Below are positions 8,674 through 17,103 of a stretch of 32,000 nt of DNA, piece by piece. A program made the position numbers and the translations under genes. Location: NCBI RefSeq assembly GCF_035285525.1, contig NZ_JAYKGW010000151.1, positions 1 to 32,000 of the forward strand. The letters run 5' to 3'. Each line of letters begins with the position of its first letter. Within the stretch, counting starts at the first letter, position 1. This DNA comes from Okeania sp. (GTDB taxonomy: Bacteria > Cyanobacteriota > Cyanobacteriia > Cyanobacteriales > Microcoleaceae). The notes under the pieces were generated by a model. It searched no databases, was not told the DNA's origin, and worked only from the letters and a program-made list of their open reading frames with translations.

Positions 8674-8740
8674 AGGACTTACGCAGAGAGAGGCATTATA
8701 TATAGAGTCTTGGTGCGTTACGCGATCGCGTAACGCACCC
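8674..8740. repeat. Family A half-element ending in a 28-bp perfect palindrome centred on HIP1
   Basis: AGGACTTACGCA starts at 8674, and no right TIR is present. GGTGCGTTACGCGATCGCGTAACGCACC at 8712-8739 is its own reverse complement. Confidence 0.65.
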
Positions 8741-9000
8741 TTTCTACCTCTATAATTAATTTATAGCTAAATACTTAATTCCCTAAAATTTTGAATTATG
8801 ACAGTCCAGGAATTATATAACCAGTACAAAACTCTGGAAATTTGAGAAACTTTACTTTTTAAAGTGGTTGACCTTAAAATTTAACCTCTGTAATAACTCC
8901 TTACTAACGATTTCAAAGATTTTCAGTTAAAACTAACTATTATAAAAATTTGTACAACCTATTTAGGATTGTTATAGGTAAAGCTTATGTAGGAATCCTC

Positions 9001-9060
9001 ACGACTTACGCAAAGGCACTACATATGGAGTATCGGTGCGTTACGAGATACGCTTTACTA
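9001..9060. repeat. Family A half-element (degenerate)
   Basis: ACGACTTACGCAAAGGCACTACATATGGAGTATCGGTGCGTTACGAGATACGCTTTAC parallels the left half of the copies at 2453 and 8674. It lies 58 nt upstream of the ATG at 9118. Confidence 0.5.
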
Positions 9061-9117
9061 TGCAAAATTTCTTAATATATCTTAATATATAGAAAAGGAA
9101 AATTTAAGGATATTGCC

Positions 9118-10614
9118 ATGACTGACAACCAAAAATCTCAATGGAAAGCCAGCAGACTGTTTCAAACCCTAGCCTACTTCGGAGTAGTTCCCTTTGTGGG
9201 GAGTATTAAATGGTTACAAAAATTATTTGGTGAAAAGACACCAAAACCAACAAACACATCAGAAGTTGTTTTAGTAGTTGGTGCTAATGGTGGAGTAGGT
9301 AAACGAGTTGTACCAAGACTGTTGAAGCGGGGTTATCAAGTGCGATCGCTCGTTCGAGATGCCAAAAAAGCTCAAAAAGTTCTGGGAAAGAATGTGGAAA
9401 TAGTAACCGCTGACATCACTAAACCAGAAACCCTAACTCCTGAAATATTCAAAAACGTTAGCAAAATTATCTGTTGTACGGGTACGCGAGTGCAACCTGT
9501 AGAAGGCGACAACCCAAACCGCGGCAAATATAACCAAGGCATCAAATTTTTCATGCCAGAAGTTGCGGAAGACCCCCAACTTGTGGAATACGAAGGCATG
9601 AAAAATCTAGTAGCAGCAGCAAAACCACAACTACAACAAAGTAACCAAAAAATTCTGTTTGATTTCACCAACCCCACTCAAGATGTCAAAGAAATTTGGG
9701 GTGCATTAGACGATGTGGTGATGGGTGGAGTCAGCGAAAGTTCTATTCGTCTCACAGGTAGTAGCGCTATTTTTTCCGGTAATGTTTCCACTGCTAACTC
9801 CGGTGGTTTTGTTTCCGTGCGCACCCGCAACTTTGAACCCCCAGTGAATCTATTGGGATACAGTGGTATCGAACTCCGGGTAAAAGGAGATGGGAAACGT
9901 TATAAATTTTTCCTCCGTTGCGAAGAAAAATGGGATGGAGTTGGTTACAGCTATTCTTTTGATACCGTTTACAATATCTGGATGACTATTCGCATTCCAT
10001 TTAAAGATTTAATTCCGGTATTTCGTGCCAGAGTTGTCGAAAATGCTCAACCTTTTAATCCTAATCAAATTTATTCTTACCAATTAATGTTGAGTAAATT
10101 TGAATATAACCGAGAACTTAATCCTAAATTTGCACCAGGATTTTTTCAGTTAGAAATTGAGTCTATTAAAGCTTATGGTAGCGAGGAGTTACCTAAGTTT
10201 GTATTGGTTAGTTCGGCAGGTGTAACTCGTCCGGGGCGACCAGATTTAAACTTAGATGAACAAATTCCCATAGTAAAGTTGAATGACCAATTAAAAGGTT
10301 TATTAAATTGGAAATTCAAAGGAGAAGAAGTTGTTCGTTCTAGTGGTATTCCTTATACAGTAATTCGACCTTGTGGAATGACTGAACAACCAGGAGGTCA
10401 AGCTTTAATATTTGACCAAGGTGATAATATTAAGGGTCTTGTTAGTCGGGATGATATTGCCGAACTTTGTGTTAAAGTTTTAGAAGAAAATCGGGCTAGC
10501 AATACAACTTTTGAGGTGAAAGGCGATCGAGAAAATCAAGCAAGTTATGAAAATTGGGAGAAGTCATTTAATAGTTTAGAAACTGATAAGAAAAAGTCAC
10601 TTTTGACAGTTTAA
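9118..10614 (+). CDS. NAD(P)-binding (NmrA/atypical SDR) protein with an inserted CIA30 domain
   Basis: A Rossmann GxxGxxG motif is present in VVGANGGVGKRVV. The central segment WGALDDVVMGGVSES...FVSVRT...ELRVKGDGKRYKF is CIA30-like. The C-terminal FVLVSSAGV...YTVIRPCG returns to the SDR/NmrA fold. Confidence 0.8.
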   Translation: MTDNQKSQWKASRLFQTLAYFGVVPFVGSIKWLQKLFGEKTPKPTNTSEVVLVVGANGGVGKRVVPRLLKRGYQVRSLVRDAKKAQKVLGKNVEIVTADITKPETLTPEIFKNVSKIICCTGTRVQPVEGDNPNRGKYNQGIKFFMPEVAEDPQLVEYEGMKNLVAAAKPQLQQSNQKILFDFTNPTQDVKEIWGALDDVVMGGVSESSIRLTGSSAIFSGNVSTANSGGFVSVRTRNFEPPVNLLGYSGIELRVKGDGKRYKFFLRCEEKWDGVGYSYSFDTVYNIWMTIRIPFKDLIPVFRARVVENAQPFNPNQIYSYQLMLSKFEYNRELNPKFAPGFFQLEIESIKAYGSEELPKFVLVSSAGVTRPGRPDLNLDEQIPIVKLNDQLKGLLNWKFKGEEVVRSSGIPYTVIRPCGMTEQPGGQALIFDQGDNIKGLVSRDDIAELCVKVLEENRASNTTFEVKGDRENQASYENWEKSFNSLETDKKKSLLTV

Positions 10615-10617
10615 AAT

Positions 10618-10709
10618 GTTGCAAATAATGTAGGCTGGATTGAGGAAAGAAACCCAACATAAAGTTGCAAATAATGTAGGTTGGGTTGAGGTCGGAAACC
10701 CAACAAAAA
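10618..10709. repeat. 46-bp tandem duplication of a hairpin repeat (GTTGCAAATAATGTAGG.TGG.TTGAGG...GAAACCCAAC)
   Basis: Copy 1 spans 10618-10663 and copy 2 spans 10664-10709, and they are ~85-90% identical. Each folds as GTTGGGTT / AACCCAAC. This is the same family as the hairpin at 1812-1840. The repeat starts 4 nt after the stop at 10614. Confidence 0.75.
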
Positions 10710-10798
10710 TAGTCTCATTCCACTAGGTGCGTTAATGAAATCTAACGCACCCTACTGGATTGTTTCACCTTAAATAGTGCATTAGGAAATCAGGCTAT

Positions 10799-10935
10799 GT
10801 AGGGGCGGGTTTAACAAGTAAGCTAAAGTTTTCATGCGTTTGTCAGATAAACCCGCCCCCTTGCCGCTGTCCCAGGGGCGGGTTTATGTAAATTTTAGAG
10901 TAAGCATGAAAATTTCCTCAAAAACCCGCCCCTAC
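10799..10935. repeat. Pair of ~62-bp hairpin elements bounded by GGGGCGGGTTT / AAACCCGCCCC
   Basis: Unit 1 is 10799-10860 and unit 2 is 10874-10935. Their interiors share TTTTCATGC versus GCATGAAAA, so the units are mutually inverted. Together they account for the spurious 60-aa ORF 10834..11016. Confidence 0.7.
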
Positions 10936-11026
10936 TATTGCACCATTTTAGATGAAACGGTCCACTACCCTACTAGACTGAAACATTTGACAGAGGTTGC
11001 CGAACCTCCGCTATGAATCCCTTCAA

Positions 11027-11542
11027 TTAATAGGGTACACCATCAGGTAAACACAGTGCAATGCGCTTCTGTTTTACTTGTTCTTCTTCAACACAGAGAG
11101 CTTCTATTTCCTGAACAACCTCTTCCGAGATATCGATCGCCTTTGCCATCTTGCGAACAGTTGCTTTTTCGCCTTCCGCATATTCTTGATCGGCAGAAGC
11201 AGCCTTGATGGCAAAGTAAATAACTGCTCGACGGCCTTTGCTGACGACTGAGGCATCAGTTACGACTTGGGAGATATCTTCGTTAGCTGGATAGGTTTCT
11301 AGTTCTTTCAATAAGGATTCTGGCGCACCCGCTGTTGCACCTCGTCCAATTACCCATTTTCTCTCTTCTGGGGATAATTCTCCATCGCCATTTGCAACAA
11401 TCAGAAGGGACTTGAGAAACGGTCCAAGGTCGATATGATTGGCAAGTTCCTCCGCAGTAGCCATTTTCTCTAGATCCCAGCCCCAACATTCCTTGTAATA
11501 CCACTTAGCTACGATAGCCCTTATGTTATCTATCTCTGACAT
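11027..11542 (-). CDS. TerB-like (tellurite-resistance TerB / DjlA-N type) helical protein, tentative
   Basis: 171-aa ORF with ATG at 11542 and AGGAG 8 nt upstream. There are two acidic helical repeats: IVANGDGELSPEERKWV and AIKAASADQEYAEGEKATVRKMAKAI. Hand counts of two 60-nt lines give ~45-48% GC, against ~30% in the neighbouring orphan gene. Confidence 0.55.
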   Translation of the reverse strand: MSEIDNIRAIVAKWYYKECWGWDLEKMATAEELANHIDLGPFLKSLLIVANGDGELSPEERKWVIGRGATAGAPESLLKELETYPANEDISQVVTDASVVSKGRRAVIYFAIKAASADQEYAEGEKATVRKMAKAIDISEEVVQEIEALCVEEEQVKQKRIALCLPDGVPY

Positions 11543-11569
11543 TTTTTTCTCCTGGCTTTTGATAATAAT

Positions 11570-11647
11570 AGGACTTACGATATAGCGTATTCGGTCTGTT
11601 AAGCTGACGCTAACACATCCTACTAATAGCGTTTATGCGTAAGTCCT
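11570..11647. repeat. Family A MITE-like element
   Basis: AGGACTTACGA starts at 11570 and TGCGTAAGTCCT lies at 11636-11647. The right arm CCTACTAATAGCGTT.ATGCGTAAGTCCT is nearly identical to the copy at 2530-2559. It lies 28 nt upstream of the ATG at 11542. Confidence 0.7.
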
Positions 11648-11962
11648 GAATAAAACAGTTTTTACCTTTACTAAGACATATCTTTCTAATCAGAAATATA
11701 GATTTAGCCATTAAGCCTATGCCTTAAACAAAAATTTATATTCTCTAAAATCACGAACTTAGGCTTTTAGTAGTTGAGTAGGGTGCGTTTTGCGTTCCGC
11801 AAAGCTCCGCTTTATATGTCGCGAAGCAAAATACTGGGTTACAGGAAAATGAAATGTAACGCACCACTTAATATATTTAAAGTCATTTCAGTTATCAGTA
11901 AATAGGAAAGTTCTGTATATGATAAAATCTTGAATAATAAATAGATTAAGGAGCATAAAATA

Positions 11963-12517
11963 ATGGCTAAAGGTTTTGGTGTATCTAATTCTGGTTCTAA
12001 GAAAAAGAAAAATAAGTCAGGTAAATTTTTTTCTGAACTACCAGAGGAAAAACAAGTAACAGAAGTAAAAGAAGGTTGTAAATATATAGAAGAGGATTCT
12101 TACTTTATCTTAAAAGTTGACAATCTTAATACTTTTGATTTTAACAATATTTGGGGTGATGATGATCTGTATATTCCAGGAATAGAAGGATTTGATGGAT
12201 TTAGTGAAAATGGTTTGGTCTATTCAGATAATGAATTTTATAGCTTTTGTATAGAAGAAAATTTAGGAGCAGAATATACTCTGAGAATGGCAAAATATTT
12301 AACTATGAAAACTCAAAAAAGCCATGTTGTTATTGGTATATTAGCAAATGGTAAAGATGAGTTTACTGGAAAATATGAGTATGATGAGGAGTTGAAAAAA
12401 CAGCATCAAATATTACTTGATGTATTTGGTAAAATGCCAGAATATAATGAATATGTAAATTACATTGATGAACCATTGAATAAGGAAATCAAAAAGTTAT
12501 CAAGGTACTTTTCATAA
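11963..12517 (+). CDS. Hypothetical protein, AT-rich orphan (184 aa, Lys-rich N-terminus)
   Basis: ATG at 11963 with AAGGAG 10 nt upstream. No motif recognised. GC is about 30% in a hand-counted line. Confidence 0.5.
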   Translation: MAKGFGVSNSGSKKKKNKSGKFFSELPEEKQVTEVKEGCKYIEEDSYFILKVDNLNTFDFNNIWGDDDLYIPGIEGFDGFSENGLVYSDNEFYSFCIEENLGAEYTLRMAKYLTMKTQKSHVVIGILANGKDEFTGKYEYDEELKKQHQILLDVFGKMPEYNEYVNYIDEPLNKEIKKLSRYFS

Positions 12518-12641
12518 TTTATGAGTAACTATAATTACCGAAATATTTAGGTATAAAGCCTCTTGATTCATAGACACAAAAATCCTTTTTGTCAATCTCT
12601 ATATTAAAGAAGAGGCAATTATTAATTATTAATTTTCACAG

Positions 12642-13536
12642 TTACTTCTTTGTCAACCAATTTGATAAATCGTCAAAATTAGTAAAGTCAAAAATCTCTT
12701 CACTCAAATTCTCCAACTCCTCCAAAGATAAATATGATAACTGATTTTTCAGATTCTCTGGAACTTCACCAAAACGCTTTTTAAGTAAGCGAATTATTAC
12801 TTCAATTTCTCTTTCTTTCTTTCCTTCTTCTTTTCCTTCTTCCTTTCGTTCTTGTTTCCCTTCTTCTTTAGCAAAAGCAATTTGACCGCGACGGTCTCGA
12901 ATCAAGGTTTCTTGTCCATGTAATTTGTCGAGTTCTTGAGGACTTAAATTAGCTTGGTTAGCAATATTGAGAGCTTTTTCTATTTCGGGAACTTCCTTTA
13001 AAGAAGTTGGTATTTCCTCCAACATAGCTGCTTCTTTAATAAAATAAATCTACTTATCTGTTAAAGTCTCTAATTCAGATAAATTCTTCTTAAACTTGGG
13101 CAACTCTACAAATACAAAACCCATTTGCTCTTTAGTATATTCAACATTTTCTGATTTCTCTTTGAAAACAAAATTGGTAATCAATTTGTCGATTTTGGGA
13201 AACATCAGAAAATCCATAATTGTTAAAGCTATTATTGGTCTAATCTCTGGATTATATTCTCCCCTTCTTAAATGGTTGGAGTAAATTTTGGCAGCATTAT
13301 AAACCACGCGATTTTCAAAACCTGCTACGTTAGCAACTTGCATCTCAATAATTAAAACTATCCTTGAAAATTTCAACTTGACCAGGACTATAAGGGTCGA
13401 TAATTTCTAGAGATTTAATCTTGTTTTTTCCCTCATAAATAATGGCGTTGAGAAAGCTAATTAATATGTCTTGACTCTCAGATGAACCGAATATTTTCTT
13501 AAAAGCATAATCAAGTTTGGAATTAATAAATTTCAT
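12642..13536 (-). pseudogene. Rpn-family recombination-promoting nuclease / PD-(D/E)XK transposase-like gene with DUF4351-type C-terminus, disrupted
   Basis: Three consecutive ORFs (13536-13345, 13376-13050, 13025-12642) together reconstruct the family. The pieces are MKFINSKLDYAFKKIFGSSESQDILISFLNAI, then IIEMQV.NV.GFENRVVYNAAK...FVELPKFKK...LETLTDK, then IYFIKEA... and EIEVIIRLLKKRFGEVP...LSLEELENLSEEIFDF. Lesions are a frameshift or small deletion near 13345-13376 and an in-frame TAG at 13050-13052, where the family has Trp (TDKWIYF). Confidence 0.8.
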
Positions 13537-13678
13537 AGTAATTTAACCTCCTAATTAATGACTTTTCTATATGCAAAACTGGAAATTTAACTTCCTAAAA
13601 TCCCATTATATCTTAAATAGTATTTCTCAGATTAGCCCTTTTTAAATTGATGAACCACATCGCCATAACCAAAATATT

Positions 13679-13706
13679 GTAGGGACGTTGCGTGCAACAT
13701 CCCTAC
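13679..13706. repeat. Near-perfect 28-nt palindromic repeat GTAGGGACGTTGCGTGCAACATCCCTAC
   Basis: A 13-bp arm pairs with one mismatch. This is a sequence type I recognise as recurrent in Nostocales intergenic DNA. Confidence 0.55.
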
Positions 13707-13922
13707 TTTGTTCTACCTTCCAGAAAAACCGTTGTAAGTTATATATATTAGGTGCATCTCAATTTTGAAGAAAGCCAAAAATTTATCACTTTTAGGGAAC
13801 AATTAACTAATAAGTATAGAAATTGCAATCGCATCAATTTTCACTTCTCACAAAAACAGTTTAAAATCCTCAAATATGCTTAAAAAAAACTAATATCAAG
13901 TAGAATATTCCCCTAATTTATC

Positions 13923-14305
13923 TATAGCAATCCTAAATAGGGTTTGCTGAAAAAGTCTTTTAGTAGCAGGGAGAAGCCAGAATCGGTTAATCCCGAATCC
14001 AGGAGGAATAGGAGCTACAGAAGAGTAGGAGGAAGAATTATCCCTTGATTTACGGTTCCCGAAAAATCGGCTAATTATGGCAGAAAATCCTAGATTTTTT
14101 TAGCTTTCAAGACTTAAAAGCTGGTACTTTTTCATAATCTAAAAATGCTAAAAAGTTTATTTGTAAAGGCTTTCATCTTTAATCAGCAAACCCTAAATAG
14201 TTTTTAACAATTCAAAAACCAGAAATAAACTCCGAAACTCTTGCCCATTGCCTATTCCCGAAAAGCGGTAAAATTTTTATACACAAATAAAATAGGATTA
14301 CTATA
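13923..14305. mobile_element. Family G MITE-like element, long variant, with a nested 13-nt inverted repeat
   Basis: The outer ends are TATAGCAATCCTAAAT (13923-13938) and AAATAGGATTACTATA (14290-14305), with 13 of 16 positions complementary. The inner inverted repeat is TAGGGTTTGCTGA (13938-13950) and TCAGCAAACCCTA (14183-14195). No ORF is present. CCCGAAAA.CGG.TAA occurs three times inside or next to it. Confidence 0.4.
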
Positions 14306-14329
14306 ACTGATAACTGATAACTGAAATAA

Positions 14330-16690
14330 CTAAGCCAGTTCTTCTGAACTTTTATGATGTTCAAATTGCTGCAACTGCCGAAGTTTCAATAGCAAATCCC
14401 AATCATGACGTGCTTGAGGAGACCACAACCAGTTTTTTTGTAGTTGTAATATATGAAATTCTTGCCCAGCTTCTCTCATAACTTTACCAGCATATTTAAA
14501 AGCTTGAACAGGAGTTTTTTGTAAACTTTGAGCAGATTTAAGTTTGACTAATCCTAGACCTGCATAAGCATTTAGAGCTTCTCTATTCTTGACTGATAAT
14601 TTTTTTTGATAATCATAAGAAACAGGATTAACTTTTGCAAATTCTGGAGCAATTTCTCCAGATAAATGTAACACTTTTAACCAAGCTATATAAGCTTTTT
14701 CTATGTCTCCTTTAGTGTAATAAGCAAACCCTAAAGCATTTTGATATTGAATATTTTCTGGTTTTTTTATAGCTGCTTGTTCCCAATATTTTATAGCTTC
14801 ATCTATCAGATTACTTTGATTTCTATCTTGGAACAACTCCCAAGCTAATCTACCTTTAAGAAAATTTATTTCTGGATGATCTTTAAGTTTTTCGGGTACA
14901 GCAGATATAGTTTCTCCAGCATTCATTAATTCTCCTCTTTCTAGTAATGTTTCTACTACCAATTTACCAGCTTGAAGATCATTTTGATTAAACTGTTCAA
15001 TTGCCAGAGTTTGTGCTTCTGAGCCACTATTAATTGTCTCATTAACAAGTCGAATTCTATTATATTCATAGTTGAGACCTGGAGCAGGTGCTTTTGGCAA
15101 TTTAACGTTCATTTGTAATTGCCGATTCAAAATAATGAGATTTGTGCCAAACAATAACAGCATTCCTGATATAGTATATTTTAATGTTTTTTTCCATAAA
15201 CTAAGAGACTTTTTCGGAGTTTCTGATATGTCTACTTTTGACAGAAATTCTTCACTATTTTGTGTGAGTATAATTGGTTGACTATCTAAGTGTTTTTCTA
15301 TTTCTTTGCCTTGCAAAATCTCCTGAAGTGTCATCACTCCTTCTTGACTCTCTTCAACTTGCCAATTAAAATTATCAGTTTCCAGTTCAGCAGCATACCC
15401 TTCCAGGTTTTCTAAATTAATATCTGGTAGAACACGAGTTGAATCTTCAGAATTAGCCAAAGATTCGCTTTCTTCATTGACATTAATAGGTGTCAGGAAA
15501 TCCTCTTCTATTTCATTTTGAGAACTTTTTTGTGGTTCAATTAAATATCCATCAAATTCTTGATGTAGATAAACAACTGGTAAAGCCCAATAAAGTTGAT
15601 CTGAACCGTAGGCAGAAATCAAACCTTGTCTAGCTCTATTTAAACTTAAATCTATGGGATAACCTTGATTAAGATTGCGATAAAACAAGCGTGTCAAAAT
15701 CAGAGAAACATCATCTGGTATCCGTTCCGCCATTGCTAGCACCCCCGGAATCCCCCTTTTCACCATCGCTTCTGCTAAATTGATTTCTACTCCCTCATTA
15801 ATAGGATCAACTAGATGATTATAAGCACCTCGACATGAGTTGAAGACTGCCATTTGAATACCATTATTAACTAGCAAACCTGCTAAGTCTTTCCCACTTA
15901 GACTTTCTGTTAAGCCTGTAGTATTACTGACTAAAGATATTTCGCCACCAGAAACACCCCAGTTACTATGACCTGCATAGTGAAAAACCTGATATTTACC
16001 TTGCTCTAAAGCTTGGGTAAGTTGTTCTCGTCCTGGTTGTCGGAGAATATCCAGGTGAATGTGAGTTTCCCCACTATTTTTTTGCAGTTCCTGTTGTAAT
16101 GCTTCGTATTCTTTTTCTAGTTGTAGACTGTCTTTATCAGTCGGAGCAGCAATCACCATTAAGATTTTTAATGGTTCTTCAGATGTTAATGTCCGGTTAG
16201 ATTTAGGTAAGCAGGTATTAGGTTGATAGCGAGAGAAAACAATATCAGTACCAGTTGCCAAGGGGCGATCGCCTAAATGGAGTACCTCCCAAGGCAAACT
16301 GGATATATGTCTGTCCTTAGTACCTAGACGTAATTGTAAAACCTCCCCTCGATTATGAGCAATTGCTTCGGCACATTTCCAACTCTTTCCCAGATCATCT
16401 TTAAATAATTCTTGATACATTTTTTGGCCTAATGCTACTAAACTTGGACTTACCACTTCCCCAGATCTGGCCACAATCTGATCGGGGATGATTACCTGAG
16501 AATTAGATTTTTCTTCAAGAAGATCGAGTAATGGATCGCCAAATAAGTGACGTGCTTGCTCCAGCCATTCTTTGACAGGCCATGCAACTATTTCTTCAGC
16601 CACAGGGACACCAATGGGGACTTTTTCTGTACGGACAAAATACTCGTCTTCTCCTAGGGGAGTAATAGAAATATGAAATTCTTGAGTCAC
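14330..16690 (-). CDS. hetF: CHAT-domain (caspase-like) protease with central membrane helix and C-terminal TPR-like domain; HetF-like
   Basis: 786-aa ORF with GTG start at 16690 and AAGGA ~12 nt upstream. The CHAT dyad is His241 in FHYAGHS and Cys286 in VFNSCRG. A hydrophobic helix YTISGMLLLFGTNLIIL lies around residue 515. TPR-like repeats sit at the C-terminus (YQNALGFAYYTKGDIEKAYIAW...). The architecture and size match HetF of Anabaena/Nostoc. Orthology as opposed to a CHAT paralogue is about 50:50. Confidence 0.6.
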   Translation of the reverse strand: MTQEFHISITPLGEDEYFVRTEKVPIGVPVAEEIVAWPVKEWLEQARHLFGDPLLDLLEEKSNSQVIIPDQIVARSGEVVSPSLVALGQKMYQELFKDDLGKSWKCAEAIAHNRGEVLQLRLGTKDRHISSLPWEVLHLGDRPLATGTDIVFSRYQPNTCLPKSNRTLTSEEPLKILMVIAAPTDKDSLQLEKEYEALQQELQKNSGETHIHLDILRQPGREQLTQALEQGKYQVFHYAGHSNWGVSGGEISLVSNTTGLTESLSGKDLAGLLVNNGIQMAVFNSCRGAYNHLVDPINEGVEINLAEAMVKRGIPGVLAMAERIPDDVSLILTRLFYRNLNQGYPIDLSLNRARQGLISAYGSDQLYWALPVVYLHQEFDGYLIEPQKSSQNEIEEDFLTPINVNEESESLANSEDSTRVLPDINLENLEGYAAELETDNFNWQVEESQEGVMTLQEILQGKEIEKHLDSQPIILTQNSEEFLSKVDISETPKKSLSLWKKTLKYTISGMLLLFGTNLIILNRQLQMNVKLPKAPAPGLNYEYNRIRLVNETINSGSEAQTLAIEQFNQNDLQAGKLVVETLLERGELMNAGETISAVPEKLKDHPEINFLKGRLAWELFQDRNQSNLIDEAIKYWEQAAIKKPENIQYQNALGFAYYTKGDIEKAYIAWLKVLHLSGEIAPEFAKVNPVSYDYQKKLSVKNREALNAYAGLGLVKLKSAQSLQKTPVQAFKYAGKVMREAGQEFHILQLQKNWLWSPQARHDWDLLLKLRQLQQFEHHKSSEELA

Positions 16691-17012
16691 TTAATTTTCT
16701 ATCCTTCTGCTCAAATTATTTATTCCGTCAAAACTCCTGATTTTTTCTTTTAATTGTGAATACATGGAAAAGAAATGACGGCTATGGTTATGTAGCTAGT
16801 CTAAACAAGGTGAAAGTATTGCTGGTTATGATTTTCCAGGACTAGCAATTTTCACACTTGGTATTATATTTAACTGTCCTATACAATTGCCTATTAACTA
16901 ATTCAGGAGTGCTTTCTAGATAATTTGACCATTAGCACTAAAATATTCATCTAGGGCTCAATTCTGTTAAATACCTAGATTTTAATTTTCAGCCTGACAT
17001 CTAAAAATAGTC

Positions 17013-17103
17013 AGGACTTACGCACCAACCACCATTTTTGGTAGGGGAAAGTGGCATTTACTCCCTACAGATAGGGTATTGTTTCATAATTTGCGTAAGT
17101 CCT
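17013..17103. repeat. Family A MITE-like element
   Basis: AGGACTTACGCA (17013-17024) and TGCGTAAGTCCT (17092-17103) are perfect 12-nt TIRs. The element lies 323 nt upstream of the hetF-like start. It accounts for most of the spurious ORF 17065..17286. Confidence 0.7.

Noticed and set aside
9372-9677. ORF 9372..9677 (-) inside the SDR-CIA30 gene. The same judgement applies to 11283..11504, 13096..13284, 15072..15281, 23616..23801, 27611..27994, 28879..29118, 29345..29598 and 30389..30598.
   Set aside because: All are nested within, or antisense to, better-supported CDSs or pseudogenes. None shows a recognisable motif or a plausible start context.
10618-10935. Possible CRISPR array, given the many short palindromic repeats here and elsewhere
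   Set aside because: There is no regular repeat-spacer periodicity. Repeats belong to different families, occur as one or two copies per site, are scattered in intergenic regions, and no cas genes are present.
10834-11016. 60-aa ORF 10834..11016 (+)
   Set aside because: It is composed almost entirely of the GGGGCGGGTTT/AAACCCGCCCC hairpin repeats, so it is a repeat-derived open frame and not a gene.
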